Assembly: GCA_001724265.1 (NCBI GenBank)
Contig: MEDY01000214.1
Span: 1-50,216 of the forward strand
Reading direction: 5' to 3'
Source: Rhizaria sp. SCN 62-66
Lineage: Eukaryota
DNA: 50,216 bases
The notes beneath the pieces are model-generated. The model had not been told where the DNA came from. It saw nothing but the letters and a program-made list of their open reading frames with translations, and did not search any database. Shown piece by piece: positions 30,629 to 41,878 of this stretch. A program made the translations under genes and the position numbers. How positions within the stretch are numbered: position 1 is the first letter of the stretch; every line of letters begins with the position of its first letter.

Positions 30629-33600
30629 TCAAGCCTGAGGCGCGGAGTTAAGCGCGTCGCGGACGTCGACGTCGAGGCCCTCGAAGACGCGGCGCGCGGC
30701 CTCCTCGCCGAGCTGGCCCTGGATGAAGGTCCAGTAGGCGCGCATGGCGTTGCCGACCTCCTGCGAGACGATGATGTGCTCCTCCTCGGCCTCGGCGTCG
30801 AGCGCCATAGCCATGACATCGAGCACGCGCGGCAGGTTCGCGTTGTCGGCGCCCATCACGGCGACGTGGCCCTCGGACACGCACTGCATGAAGAAGCCGT
30901 TGATGTCGCCGCACACGTCGTCATCCGACACGCGCGGCATCACATCCAGCCAGCGCGCGCACGTCTCGGCCACCGCGGTGGCGCCGCCGACGACGGCCTC
31001 GCCCGCCGCGCGCTGCGCCGGGTCCGCGCAGAAGGGGAACATGCGCAGGATCGCGACGACTGCGGACACGACATTGTCGGCCGCGAGGCGGTCGTCCTCG
31101 TCCTCGTCCTCGTCCGCGTCGGGCGTCATGAACCCCATGGCGGGAACCAGCACGGCCAGCGCGCCAGCGGCGTGCGGCGCGGCGGACTCGGCAGGCAGCG
31201 CGTTGAACACCACACGCAGCGCGTCGGCGCCCGCGCGGCGCAGCATGCTGTCGTCGGCGTTGCCGCACTGCGCGAGCGCGAGCGGCAGCAGCCCCTCGGC
31301 CAGCGCGAGCATCTCGGCGCCAGGCGGCGAGAAGCGCAGCAGGTTGCTCATGGTGACAAGCCCGGTGCAGAAGGCCTGGCCGTCGCCGCCCTCGCCCGTC
31401 GCGTCGGGCGCGGCCTCGAGCATGTGGCGCGCCACGGGCAGCAGCAGCGCCGCGATGTCGGCGTAGCGCGCGTGGCCCGCGTTGCGGAGCACAGACATGA
31501 AGAGCACGGACGCGGCATCGAGTGCCGTGTTGGAGAGCGAGAGGCTGTTCTGCGTGTCGGCGAGCGTCTCCTCGTCGATGCTGTCGCCCGCGTTGGCGCG
31601 CGCGAGCACCGAGAGCAGCGCGGGGCGGTCTGCGGCGGCCTCCTCGACCATGCGCAGCCCCATCTGCGCGAGAGCGACGAGCTGGTCGACCTCCACGGCC
31701 ACGGGGTTGTGGTCCAGCGTCGCGCTCGCGGCCAGTAGCAGCGACGGGAAGTTGCTCAGCGTCTCCATCTCCCCTGCCTGCATCATGACGCCGAAGATGG
31801 CGCCCCACATATCCTGCAGCTGCGCGCTCGCCGCGGGCGTCCACAGGTGCGCGTACGTCAGCCCCTCGTGCGCCTCGGCGGGCAGCGCGTGCGAGCGCGC
31901 GGTCACCTCCTTGAACGAGTCGAACAGCGCAGGCATCGACGCCAGTGCGGCGGCGCGCACGGCCGGATTGAAGCGGAACGTGCAGAGCGGGCCCAGGACG
32001 TTGGCGCAGCGCTCGACGTGCGGGCCAAAGACGTCCTTGAGCTCGTTGGCAAGCTGGCAGATCATCTCGCACGCGAGGATCTTCTCCTGGATGCGCGCCG
32101 TGTGGATCGCGATGCGGCGGCGGCCAGCGCCGTCCTGGCGCCGGAGCACGAGGATCGAGTAGCCGTTGTTCTCCGAGTAAAACGCCGCGCGGTCCGCGTC
32201 CTGTGGCAGGATGCGGTCCTCGGCGTCCAGGTCGAACTGCGCGTACACATCGCCCAAATCAGCCGCGTGCAGCAGCGGGCCCAGCACGGCGTCCAGGTAC
32301 GGCGCAAAGTCGCGGCCCAGCGTCGTGGTGAAGGACTTGACGGCGCGCGTCGTGTGCTCGTGGATGCCGTCACTGCACGCGCTCTCGTACGCCTGCAGCG
32401 CCGACACCGCGGCCACGGCGCGCGGGGCGTCGGCAAGGAATAGCTCGTGGCCGCCCGCGTGCGCAACGAAGCCCACGGTCTCGCACGCCTTGCTCGCCAG
32501 CTGGCGCTGCTGGGTCTGCGAGTCGGAGGCGGCGGCGCCCGCGGCCGCGAGCTGCGCCGAGACGTGCTCGAGCAGCCCCAGCAGCCCGGCCATGATGCCC
32601 GGGTAATAGGGCGCAAAGTCGCTCTGCGAGGCGACGGCCAGCGCGGAGACGGCCGAGAGGGCCGCCATTTGCACGTCGGGCACGGGCGACGAGATGAGCG
32701 TGGTGAGTGAACCGAAGAGGACGTCCTGCGAGCCCTTGAGGTCGGCCGCCTCGACGCTCGCCAGCAGCTCGACGAAGTAGTGGCATGCCGTGCACACGAT
32801 GCGCACCGGGTTCGCCTCCGGGTCCATCTGCCCCACGATGAGCGGCAGATAACGCTGCAGGTTCGCCGAGACATACTTGCGCGACTGGCCCGCGAGCTGG
32901 CCCAGCAGCCCTAGGGCGGTCCAGCGCACGCGCGGCGCGGCCGTGGGCGCAATGAAAGGCGCCAGGTCGAGCGACATGAGGTGCTTGGCGCCCGCCTTCC
33001 AGGCCTTCTCGACGACGGCCATGACGCCGAGCAGCCCGGCGACCTGGAGCGTCCAGTCGGTCTCGCGCAGCAGCGTGAGGCAGTTGGTGATGACGAGCTT
33101 GGTGAAAACGGCGCCCGTGAGGAAGGCCGGCAGCCGCGAGAGCGCGAAGACGGCATTGTGGTGCAGCGGGTTGGCCAGCTCGTCGTCGGTGGTCGGCGAG
33201 TCGAGCCAGTCCTGCGTCACGCGCACCTCGGACAACCAGGCGAACACGAGCTGCAGCACCGTCGGCGCGTACGCAGCCGACTTGCGGACCATCTCCTTGC
33301 CGCGCGGCGAATCGGCGATGGCGAGCAGCAGCATGAGCGCCGACACGCGCACGCCCGAGTCGAGCGTCGCGGCCGAGGCGACCGAGGACAGCAGCGGCAG
33401 CATCTGCGCCAGCGACGGGGCGAAGTAGTGCGCCGAGTTGCAGCGCGCGATGTCCTTGAGCGCGTCGAGCGCGTCCGAGATGAGGTCCTCGTCGTCGGCG
33501 TTGAGCGCGTTGGCGAGCACGGGTCCCGCGGCGGCGACGGCGCCCGTGAGCGCGTGCTCGACGCTGTGCATCAGCGCCGCGTCCGCCTCGGGGTTCATCC

Positions 33601-34249
33601 CGCCCGCGGCGACCGTGTCGGCCGTAATCGCCAGCCGCGCCGCGCCCATCGCAACCGAGGACACGGCCTGCAGAGCCTTGACGGCGACCGCGAGCGTCGG
33701 GTCGGCGAGCCCGGCGAGCAGCGCGGCGGCTACTTCGCTCACGCAAGGCGCGAACACGCGCAGCGTCGACTCGCCGAGGCGCGCGAGGAGCTCGAAGCAA
33801 CCCAAGCGGACCGAGGCATCGGCGTGCGAGCAGCCGGCAAGCGTGTGCGCGACGAGTCCAGGCCAGGCGGCGTTGAGGTCGCCGCCCGCGGACAGACGCA
33901 GCGCGAGCGCCGCGATGGCGAACGTCAGGCGGCGGCGGATGCGCGGGTCCGCCTCGGTGCTGAAGGCGTGCGAGAGCCCGTCGCGCACGGCCTCCTGCGC
34001 TGCGGGGCTCGCCGCGGCCCACGTCTGGGAGGAAGGCATGAGGTTCTGACGCAGCATTTCGGCGCAGAAGAAGCGGCCGTAGAGCGAACAAGTCGGGGTC
34101 GTGACAACGCCCAGCAGCAGCGACAAGAAGTGCGACACGTCAGCGTCGCGTACGGCGTAGTACTGAGCCTCAGCCGCATGGCGAACCTCGTTCACGTGGT
34201 TCAGGATGCCCTGCGCGATCGCATCGAGCTGCTCGACCGTGGCGGACAT
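30629..34249 (-). CDS. IPO5: Importin-beta family karyopherin, importin-5/Kap121-like; 1206 aa, no intron seen
   Basis: HEAT repeats throughout. PRVRWTALGLLGQL and IAIHTARIQEKILACEMICQLANELKDVFGPHVE...LGPLCTFRFNPAVRAAALASMPAL resemble IPO5 GIKTAGLEEKSTACQML..YAKELKEGF...[22 protein letters not shown]. Late AADNVVSAV motif. Confidence 0.85.
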   Translation of the reverse strand: MSATVEQLDAIAQGILNHVNEVRHAAEAQYYAVRDADVSHFLSLLLGVVTTPTCSLYGRFFCAEMLRQNLMPSSQTWAAASPAAQEAVRDGLSHAFSTEADPRIRRRLTFAIAALALRLSAGGDLNAAWPGLVAHTLAGCSHADASVRLGCFELLARLGESTLRVFAPCVSEVAAALLAGLADPTLAVAVKALQAVSSVAMGAARLAITADTVAAGGMNPEADAALMHSVEHALTGAVAAAGPVLANALNADDEDLISDALDALKDIARCNSAHYFAPSLAQMLPLLSSVASAATLDSGVRVSALMLLLAIADSPRGKEMVRKSAAYAPTVLQLVFAWLSEVRVTQDWLDSPTTDDELANPLHHNAVFALSRLPAFLTGAVFTKLVITNCLTLLRETDWTLQVAGLLGVMAVVEKAWKAGAKHLMSLDLAPFIAPTAAPRVRWTALGLLGQLAGQSRKYVSANLQRYLPLIVGQMDPEANPVRIVCTACHYFVELLASVEAADLKGSQDVLFGSLTTLISSPVPDVQMAALSAVSALAVASQSDFAPYYPGIMAGLLGLLEHVSAQLAAAGAAASDSQTQQRQLASKACETVGFVAHAGGHELFLADAPRAVAAVSALQAYESACSDGIHEHTTRAVKSFTTTLGRDFAPYLDAVLGPLLHAADLGDVYAQFDLDAEDRILPQDADRAAFYSENNGYSILVLRRQDGAGRRRIAIHTARIQEKILACEMICQLANELKDVFGPHVERCANVLGPLCTFRFNPAVRAAALASMPALFDSFKEVTARSHALPAEAHEGLTYAHLWTPAASAQLQDMWGAIFGVMMQAGEMETLSNFPSLLLAASATLDHNPVAVEVDQLVALAQMGLRMVEEAAADRPALLSVLARANAGDSIDEETLADTQNSLSLSNTALDAASVLFMSVLRNAGHARYADIAALLLPVARHMLEAAPDATGEGGDGQAFCTGLVTMSNLLRFSPPGAEMLALAEGLLPLALAQCGNADDSMLRRAGADALRVVFNALPAESAAPHAAGALAVLVPAMGFMTPDADEDEDEDDRLAADNVVSAVVAILRMFPFCADPAQRAAGEAVVGGATAVAETCARWLDVMPRVSDDDVCGDINGFFMQCVSEGHVAVMGADNANLPRVLDVMAMALDAEAEEEHIIVSQEVGNAMRAYWTFIQGQLGEEAARRVFEGLDVDVRDALNSAPQA

Positions 34250-34829
34250 CTTCTATTGAAGAGCGCCAAGTGCAAACGAGTAGACGGAAGTGAGTCACAA
34301 AAACAGGACACATAGAGACGAAATACTGCGTCTTAAGAAATGATATTTTGGAATACAGATATTTCAGTAGGATAATATGCTATTTCCAATAGCAACCACT
34401 AGTATTACGACGTATACTGTCTCCAATAACGTGTCAAAAACATGCGCAGCGATGGGCGCCAAATCGAGGCTCGCAGTCCCGCCACGAGCAGTGTCGGATT
34501 TTTGGGAACCGTGCAAGCCGACGACCAGCAAGCACCCGTTTAAGATCGCTCAGTCTTGAAAAAACAAAATTATGTATATTTTATCATAGTCGTATATAAT
34601 GCCTAAATTCGTACTATATTATATTATTATTTGGGTGTCATGGGGCTTGAAAACGATCGGTGCACTCTGTCCCCACCTCACCCCCTGTGCCGTAATTCGC
34701 AGCGGTGGTATCGCGTCAGAGGTTTGTATAAGTAGTGCGACGCAATCAACCTGTCAACTGCGGCCGACGTGCACAGGGACAGCCGCCTTCTGTCACGCAA
34801 CGTGTGTGACTTGCTGAGAGTTGAGGCGC

Positions 34830-36186
34830 TTACATGAAGTTCTTCTCGAACTCAGAGTCGGGGAACTGCTCGAAGAACTCCTAAAGTCGCAGCAAATTAC
34901 ACACAAGAAAGAAGAATTAAACAAAGCACAAGGTGAGACAATTGTGAATAAATACGTTGCAAAAAATGTATAATTACACAAGATCATTTAATGCACAATT
35001 TCGTGACCTATGTGATTTGAACTCTAACAGTACAGTTGCTGAGTGACATACCTGGTCGCGGAGCTTGAACGAGGCCTCAATAGAGGAGCGGTCCTTCATG
35101 GCCTCGCGCACGGCCATGAGGAGGTCGGCGATGTTCTTCGTGGCGTCCCAGGCGAAGTTGGGCACGCGGTCGACGAGGACGTAGCCGGCCGAGTTGACGC
35201 ACGAGAGCGAGATGCGCGTGCTAAAGCGCATCAGCGGCGGCGAACGCGGGTAGTCAAGGGGAATCTTGATCACGAACGAGTACATCATCTCGCCGCATTG
35301 CAGGCCCTGAGAAGATTTACGGTAGTACCAGAGAGTAGAGCATAGCAGAGCAAAGAAAAGGAGAAGACAAGAGTTGCGTGTGATGTGGGCGGGTGTTGTT
35401 GAGCGATTGAAAGATTGAATACAGATGTACATAGCATGCGGGAGTGCAATAATATGATTCGCGGTGCCGCGACATGTTGTTATTGAATGCCTCCAAGTGG
35501 ATGCATGAAGGGTTCGTACCTGAATGCCAATGAGCATGCCCTGCCAGTAGCCCATCACGTCGAAGCGCGGGTTGTCCTTCTGGGCATCATTCAAGTTCTG
35601 CGCGCGCATGTGTGTCGCGCGAGTAGGTGTGGGGAAAAAATCAAGAGAGAAGGTAAGCGAGCATGTGTGGAGAAAGAGAGGGGGTCAGTGAGACATCGTG
35701 GCAAGAGCGTTGCATGTGAAACAAAAGTGGGAGATGAGTCAAAGCATGAAAAGGAGATAGCTCAAAGGGTTATATGATCAACGAGCATTATTGCAAAACA
35801 GCCAGACGCATGTCGCGCGCAATAGTAATGTGCTTAGAGTAAACTCAGGGCGCTGGCGTAAAGTACGAAAGCGGCAAAAGAAGATGAAGCGTTAACATAC
35901 CAGGCAGCCATAGTTGATGTAGGGTTGATGCTCGGCACTGAGATAAGTCTTATTCTGAGCATGAAAAAAAAGGCGAGAATAGATAAAAAAGTAGAATTTG
36001 AATACTATATGAGAGTTAGAACAAAAACGGAACGCATTTGCGCCGCGGGGAAGCGTGCCAGGAAAGGCGAACGTGGAAGTAGAGTTCGTGAGGTGGGAGA
36101 CGAACCTTCTTGCCAGAGGCAGCGTCAAACTCAAGACGCAGTTTGAACGGACGGGGAACAATGATCGTAGAGGCGTCCTTGGACAT
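34830..36186 (-). CDS. Ubiquitin-conjugating enzyme E2 variant (UEV1/MMS2-like); 5 exons (36186-36106, 35954-35901, 35597-35520, 35306-35052, 34880-34830), 172 aa
   Basis: Spliced product MSKDASTIIVPRPFKLRLEFDAASGKK|NKTYLSAEHQPYINYGCL|NLNDAQKDNPRFDVMGYWQGMLIGIQ|GLQCGEMMYSFVIKIPLDYPRSPPLMRFSTRISLSCVNSAGYVLVDRVPNFAWDATKNIADLLMAVREAM...DQ|EFFEQFPDSEFEKNFM. UEV hallmarks are VPR.F.L, W.GM.IG and YP..PP..RF...I...CV; there is no HPN motif and no Cys at the catalytic position. All four introns are phase 0 GT-AG. Confidence 0.85.
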
Positions 36187-36613
36187 TGGGGGAATTGGGA
36201 GCAGCAACAACGGTAGTTGGCGGCGCAAAGACGCCTTCGCTGGTGGCTGACCCCTCATGTTCCCGCTGCCGGCATCGGACCGACGAGACTAGCTGCTCAC
36301 GGTCTCCTGTTTGAAGACATGTGGTAAGAACGACAAAATCAATAATATCTCCATGAAAGTGAAACATAGTGCCTCCTTGAATCATAAAATAGATTTAATG
36401 TGTATTGAAGAATCTTTCCTTATAGTTATTCACACAGTGGCCATCCTTTTGCAATATTTCTATCCCCGCTAAGTCACCACACAGTGGTCATGAGTTCTTG
36501 TCTTCGAGTTGACGTTAGTACCTGACAGAGAGTGTCAAACGACTCCTCAGCGCAAAGATCGGCATATTAGTCGCTCGCGGGTTGCTAAATTGCGTCTACA
36601 TCCCGCAAATTCT

Positions 36614-39600
36614 TCACTCCGCATCAGCCATCCGCGCACGTTTGACCCCCGCAGCTGCATCAGCGCCGCCAGCAGCGGCGGCCACTGCAGCGGCGCTCGC
36701 AGCGGGCGTGCCCTTGCGGCTGCCCGCGCCGACCGCCCTGCCGGTGCGCCCGCGCTTCTTGCGCCCGCCCGCGGCCGCGCCGTCTCCGTCGCCGCCCTCG
36801 CCGCCGTCGTCGTCGTCGTTGTTGTGCGCCGAGGCCTTGAGCGCGCGCTTCTCGCTCTCCTTGAGCACGGCCTTGCCGACGAGCTCGACACGCTTGCCCA
36901 GATCCGCGGCGGACCGCGAACGCGCGTGGTAGTTAAACAGCAGTCCCGCGCCGGCCCATCCGGCGCCCACGCCCGCAGCGCGTCCGCCGACGACGGACCC
37001 CGCGTTGGCGTTGGGTCCGCCCAGCAGCCCGCCGGGAGCGCCGGCCAGCCCGGGCCGCACGCGCGCGGCGACGGCGCTGGCCGCGGCCGCGGTGGACGCC
37101 GGTGCGGAAGTCAGGCCGGCCCAGGCGGAAGTCAGGCCGCCCCAGCCGTGAACAGCCTCCTTGAGCACGGCCCAGTCACCCCAGCCCGCGGCGGCGCAGT
37201 GCCACAGCAGGTACACGTCGTCCTCGTTGTCGTACCCGCGCCCGCGCAGCTGCGACTTGACCGGCAGCCGCACGGCGTCCAGTCCGACGGCGCACACGGC
37301 GCCGGGCGCCAGCGTCGCCGCGGCCGCGGCCGTCACGTCGGCCACCGTCACGGCAGCGGCGGCGGCGGCCGCGGCGGCGGCGGCCTCGGCGGCCGCGGCG
37401 GCGGCGCGCTCGTCGGCGTCATCCGCCTCAGCGGCCTCGGCAGCGGCCTTGGCGGCCTTGGCGGCGGCCTCGGCGGCGCTGGCGCTGGCTCTGGCGCTGG
37501 CTTCCTCCGCCGCGGCGGCGGGCGCGACGCCAGTGATGGCCGCCACGGCGGGCGCGAACAGCCCCGCGATGGCGGCGGCCACGGACGCGCCCTGCGCCAG
37601 CTTGGCCTCGCCCGCCTCAACGGCGCGGATGGCGCGCGCCCAGTCCTTGAGCCGCTCGGCGCCGTGGCGGAAGACGGCGTCGCTGTACGCGCGCACCTCG
37701 GCCTCGGTCTTAGTCGGGATGTCGGCCGCGATGCGCGCGACGGCGCTGCGGCCGAAGCGCTCGCACCCGCGCAGCAGCGCGCGCAGCTCCAGCGAAGTCC
37801 AGCGCGGGAAGCCCGCCGCAAGCAGCGCGTCGCGCTCGGCGGCCTCTGTGTCGGACAGACCGGAGAGCCGAGGCGGGTTCGACACGCCGGCCCACTTCTC
37901 AACGAACTTCTTCTCCTTGTCGTGGAGCTCAAGCAGGCGCGCCGCGTTGTAGAGGTGCTGCTCCTGCATCTTGGGCAGCCGGCGCGGCGCCTGCAGCAGA
38001 GACGAGGAACCCTTGGAGCCGCCGCCGCTGCTCAGGATGTCGCGGTAGTAATTCTCCTAAAAACAAAATGAAAGAAAAGCAAGAATAGAAGCGAGATATA
38101 ATATCGATGTGAGATAATTGAGTTTGCAAAAATAAAACGTACAGATATAGTACTTCGTTTAAAGTAAAGAAAAAATCGAAGATCGATGACATCTCCATTC
38201 ATAATCAACATTTAAGTCTCGACTTGCCACATGTTATTATTGCGTACCTGGTTGTAGTCAACGGCTTTACGCTCGCGGCGGCCCGAGTCGGCGTAGATTG
38301 TGGCCAGCTGGTGCTCCAAGGCGGCCGCCTCAAGCAGCTTCTTCGTTTCGGCGTCCAGCGCCGCATTGTCCGCGTTGTCTTCCGCGGCGGCCAGCGCGTA
38401 GATGTCGGGCACCTCATCGCCGTCGGCGCCGGCGCCGTTGGAGAAAGACAAGTTGAAGCCGGTGAACTTCTGCAGCTTGGCGTTAAGGTCCGCCGTGCGC
38501 TCCTCGCCGCGCTGCAGAATCAGGTCAAGGTCCGTGTCGATCGTGCTCGTGTCGGTCGCCTTAAAGATCTTCTCGGCGCCGTACCGCACCATCGAGGCCA
38601 TGTCATCGTCGGTCATGTGGCGCTGAGACTGCGCGAGACGGCCCTGCTGGATCACCAGCGCGTCCAGACGCAGCTTCGTCTCCGCGCGCATCACAATCTT
38701 CTCCTCGATCGAGTCCTCAGTCACGAAGCGGTACACGTTCACCGGCTTCTTCTGGCCGATACGGTGCGCGCGGTCTTGGGCCTAAGATGAACAAACAAAT
38801 TCAGGAATATATCGGTGAATTGTGAGTAACTTTTGAGTACTACTTCAGAAAAAATATGAAAATGATGGTATTAAACATAAATCTGAGAAATAATATAGAT
38901 TATCTAGATTAGTGAACATATGAATGAAATACAACAGTTCTTAGATGGCGTACCTGGAGGTCCATCTGCGGGTTCCAGTCCGAGTCGTAGAGCACGACTG
39001 TGTCGGCCGTGGCGAGGTTGATACCGAGCCCGCCAGCGCGCGTCGACAGCAGGAACACAAATTTCTCGCTGCCAGGCGTGTTGAACTCGACGACGGAACT
39101 CTCACGGTCCTCTGGCGAGGTGGAGCCGTCGATGCGGCAGTAGGGGAACCCGCGGAAGCGGCAGTAATCGTCGAGGATGTCGATAGTGCGCGTCATCTGC
39201 GAGAAGATGAGCACGCGCGAGCCACTGACGCGGAGGCGCGCAAGCAGCTTGTCCAGCACCAGCAGTTTCCCGCTGTTAGTGATGAGGTGCTCGCCCAGTG
39301 GGTTGAGCGTCATGTCCTCCACTCCGTCAATCAGGTAGGGGTGGTTGGCCACCTTGCGCAGCTCCATGACGAGGTTGCGCAGCGCTGCCTTCTGCTTAAC
39401 CTTGCCGTTGACGGCGTCGATGTTGCCAACCAGACAGTCGCGGTATAGCTTGCGCTGCAGCGGCGCCATGCCCACGTACACTAGTGTCTCCTTCTTCGGC
39501 GGCAGCGACGCCATGGCCTCCGTCTTCATGCGGCGCAGCATGAACGGGCGCAGGATCGCGTGCAGCTTGCGCAACACGTCGGCCTTAAACGCGTCCTTCT

Positions 39601-40812
39601 CCTCCGCAGTCACCTCGGGCTCGCCCTCCTCGCCCTCACCCTCCGCGCTGCTGTTGCTGTTGCTGCTGTTGCTGATGATGCCGGCGCCGTCCTCGACGTT
39701 GGAGAACATGGCGTCGAACTCGTCCGACGACGTGAAAATCTGCGGCACTAAGAAGTTGAGCAGCGCCCACAGCTCGTGCAGGTTGTTCTGCAGCGGTGTG
39801 CCCGTCACCAGCAGCCGGTTGCGCGAGCTGAGCTCGCGGAGGTCGCGCGCGAGGATCGAGTTCTCATTCTTGAGGCGGTGCGCCTCGTCGACGATGAGAA
39901 ACTGCCACTGGACGCGGCGCAGCGCGGGCTTTTCGCGCGACGCCATCTCGAACGTCGTCACCAGCACGTCAAAGTGCCCCGGCTTAATCACATCCTCGAC
40001 CAGGTGCAGTCGCGACTCGGCGTCGCCGTGGAAGCGGCACACGCGCAGCGACGGGCAGAAGCGCGCGATCTCGTTGCACCAGTTGCCCAGCGTGGTGAGC
40101 GGGACGAGGATGATATGCGGCCCCGTGACGCGCTGGAACTCGCGCAGATACGCGAGCATCGAGATCGTCTGCAGCGTCTTGCCCAGACCCATTTCGTCGG
40201 CCAGGATGCCCGACACGCCGTTGTGGTACAGCTTGATCATCCAGTTGAGCCCCTCGAGCTGGTAGTCGCGCATCGTGCAGTTGACAATGATGCTCGGCTG
40301 GCGGGTCAAGCGCGGCACGCTCGTGTGCGCGCTCGTTGCCAGCGCCAGCGCGTTGTCGTCGTAGTTCTTGGCGGGCTTACCGCCCTTCTTACTGCCCGCG
40401 TCGCCGTCGTCGTCGCTGCCGCTGTCGAAGTCATCGTCGTCGTCATCGTCGTTCGTGCCGGGGGCGTCGCCGGACGCCGAGCCCGCAAGGCGGCGGCGCG
40501 AGGACGGCGCGGCGCCGGAGCCGAAGCCGGAGCCGGAGCTGCTGCTGGGGAGGTTCGCCTTGCGGGGACTCGTGTGTGAGTGTGAGTGGGTCAAGTGCGA
40601 CTGGAAATTAAGAATAAAGTGCGTTATACCAAACAAAAATAATGTAATTGTGAGGAATAACGTAATAATAGTCATAAATAGCGGTGATATTGAAAGATCC
40701 TGAGAATTGAGTGCGATCGTGCTAAAAATGAGCGTACCTTGATGAAGGCGTTAGTGCGTGAGACGAGGTCATTGATGAGCTTCTGCGCGCGTGCGTGCGC
40801 TGAGGAAGACAT
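36614..40812 (-). CDS. ISWI: ISWI-family SNF2 chromatin-remodelling ATPase (HAND-SANT-SLIDE); 4 exons (40812-40738, 40600-38954, 38781-38248, 38056-36614), about 1232 aa
   Basis: MRDYQLEGLNW, GILADEMGLGKTLQ, IVDEAHRLKN, TGTPLQNNLHELWALLNF, FLLSTRAGGLGINL and DSDWNPQMDLQ|AQDRAHRIGQKK joined across an intron, then RLDALVIQQGRL. SANT-like GFPRWTSLELRALLRGCERFGR and SLIDE-like YDNEDDVYLL...FNYHARSRSAADLGKR. Three phase-0 GTACGC...AG introns. Confidence 0.95.
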
Positions 40813-41878
40813 CGTGGCTTATAACAAGCGGCGCGTGTAAAGCCTAAAACTATCACGTAAAGCGGGGAGTGGTGGAAACGCGAGAGAACAGCAGAAGCGG
40901 CAGCAGCAGCAGCGGTGGAGGCTGGGCTGACTCTGTGCTTAAAGTGAGAAGTGAACGTGAGCGGTTCTAGGAATGCTGCTGAGCCTCTAGCGCAAGTGTT
41001 TAGGGTAGAAACCGGTCTGAGGAGGAGTAAATGTCAGTGAATGGAGCGGGGCAACGACAGCATAAGCATAGGACACAAGGGCAAGGAGCAAGCGGGGGTG
41101 AGAGTGAGTGGTTGATGAGATGCGAAAAGGGTGATCCTGAGAGGGAAAAACAACCCGACAAAACACACAAAGAGGGTTCACAAATAGTGTGGTAATTAAA
41201 AAATAAGTGCGATTTCCAAATAAAACACCGAGATGCCAAAAACTGCGCGTCTTAACAGAGAAATATTGCCCCAGGCGCAGGTCTCGATCGTCGAGCACAA
41301 GCTGAGTGACTTCAGGGCGCGAAGGCGTCGAGAGAGCAAAGCACACAAACAGCAGTCAGCCGGTGCAGCGTCAGTCGGTCGCACGCAGCGCGGGAGCAGG
41401 TTCGCAAAAAGTCAGGGACTCGACTCGATCATTGACTTTCGGAAAGGTCGTGCGTGGGAGAACTGGTCCATTCCAAATGGGTTTAAGTAGTATATGCTGT
41501 TTTTCATGACTTGGATGTTTATGATTTTAATTTCAAAGCGCGTTATTACGCATGTTTCATCACCCATGGGCGTGCCCCGTGCCCCAGTCTCCGATCTGTC
41601 ATCATCGCTCGCATCCGGCCGCCCCTCCGCTCACCTCCCCATTGCGCCCTCTTCCTCCCCAACCGATCTAACCGTCATAGACTCGTTTCCCTCTTATTTC
41701 TGCGCCTTATCGCTGCCCCAACCGCGCTTAACCCCTCTCGCATCAGGCCCGCGACCCGCGCCCCCCTCTCGACCTTCCCGTCGCTGTTTCGGCCGCCGCC
41801 CCGCGCACCACCCCGCTCCCGCCCTCCCCCCGCGCCCGCCCGCGTCCCCGCCGCCCCCCGCGCCCCCGCCCGGTCCCG
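40813..41878. promoter_or_regulatory. Divergent promoter region between ISWI and NAR1
   Basis: Head-to-head genes; geometry only. Confidence 0.45.

Noticed and set aside
34456..34463. E2F-like site TTTGGCGC upstream of IPO5, and recurring TCGGA in spacers
   Set aside because: Short motifs expected by chance in this much intergenic DNA; no consistent position.
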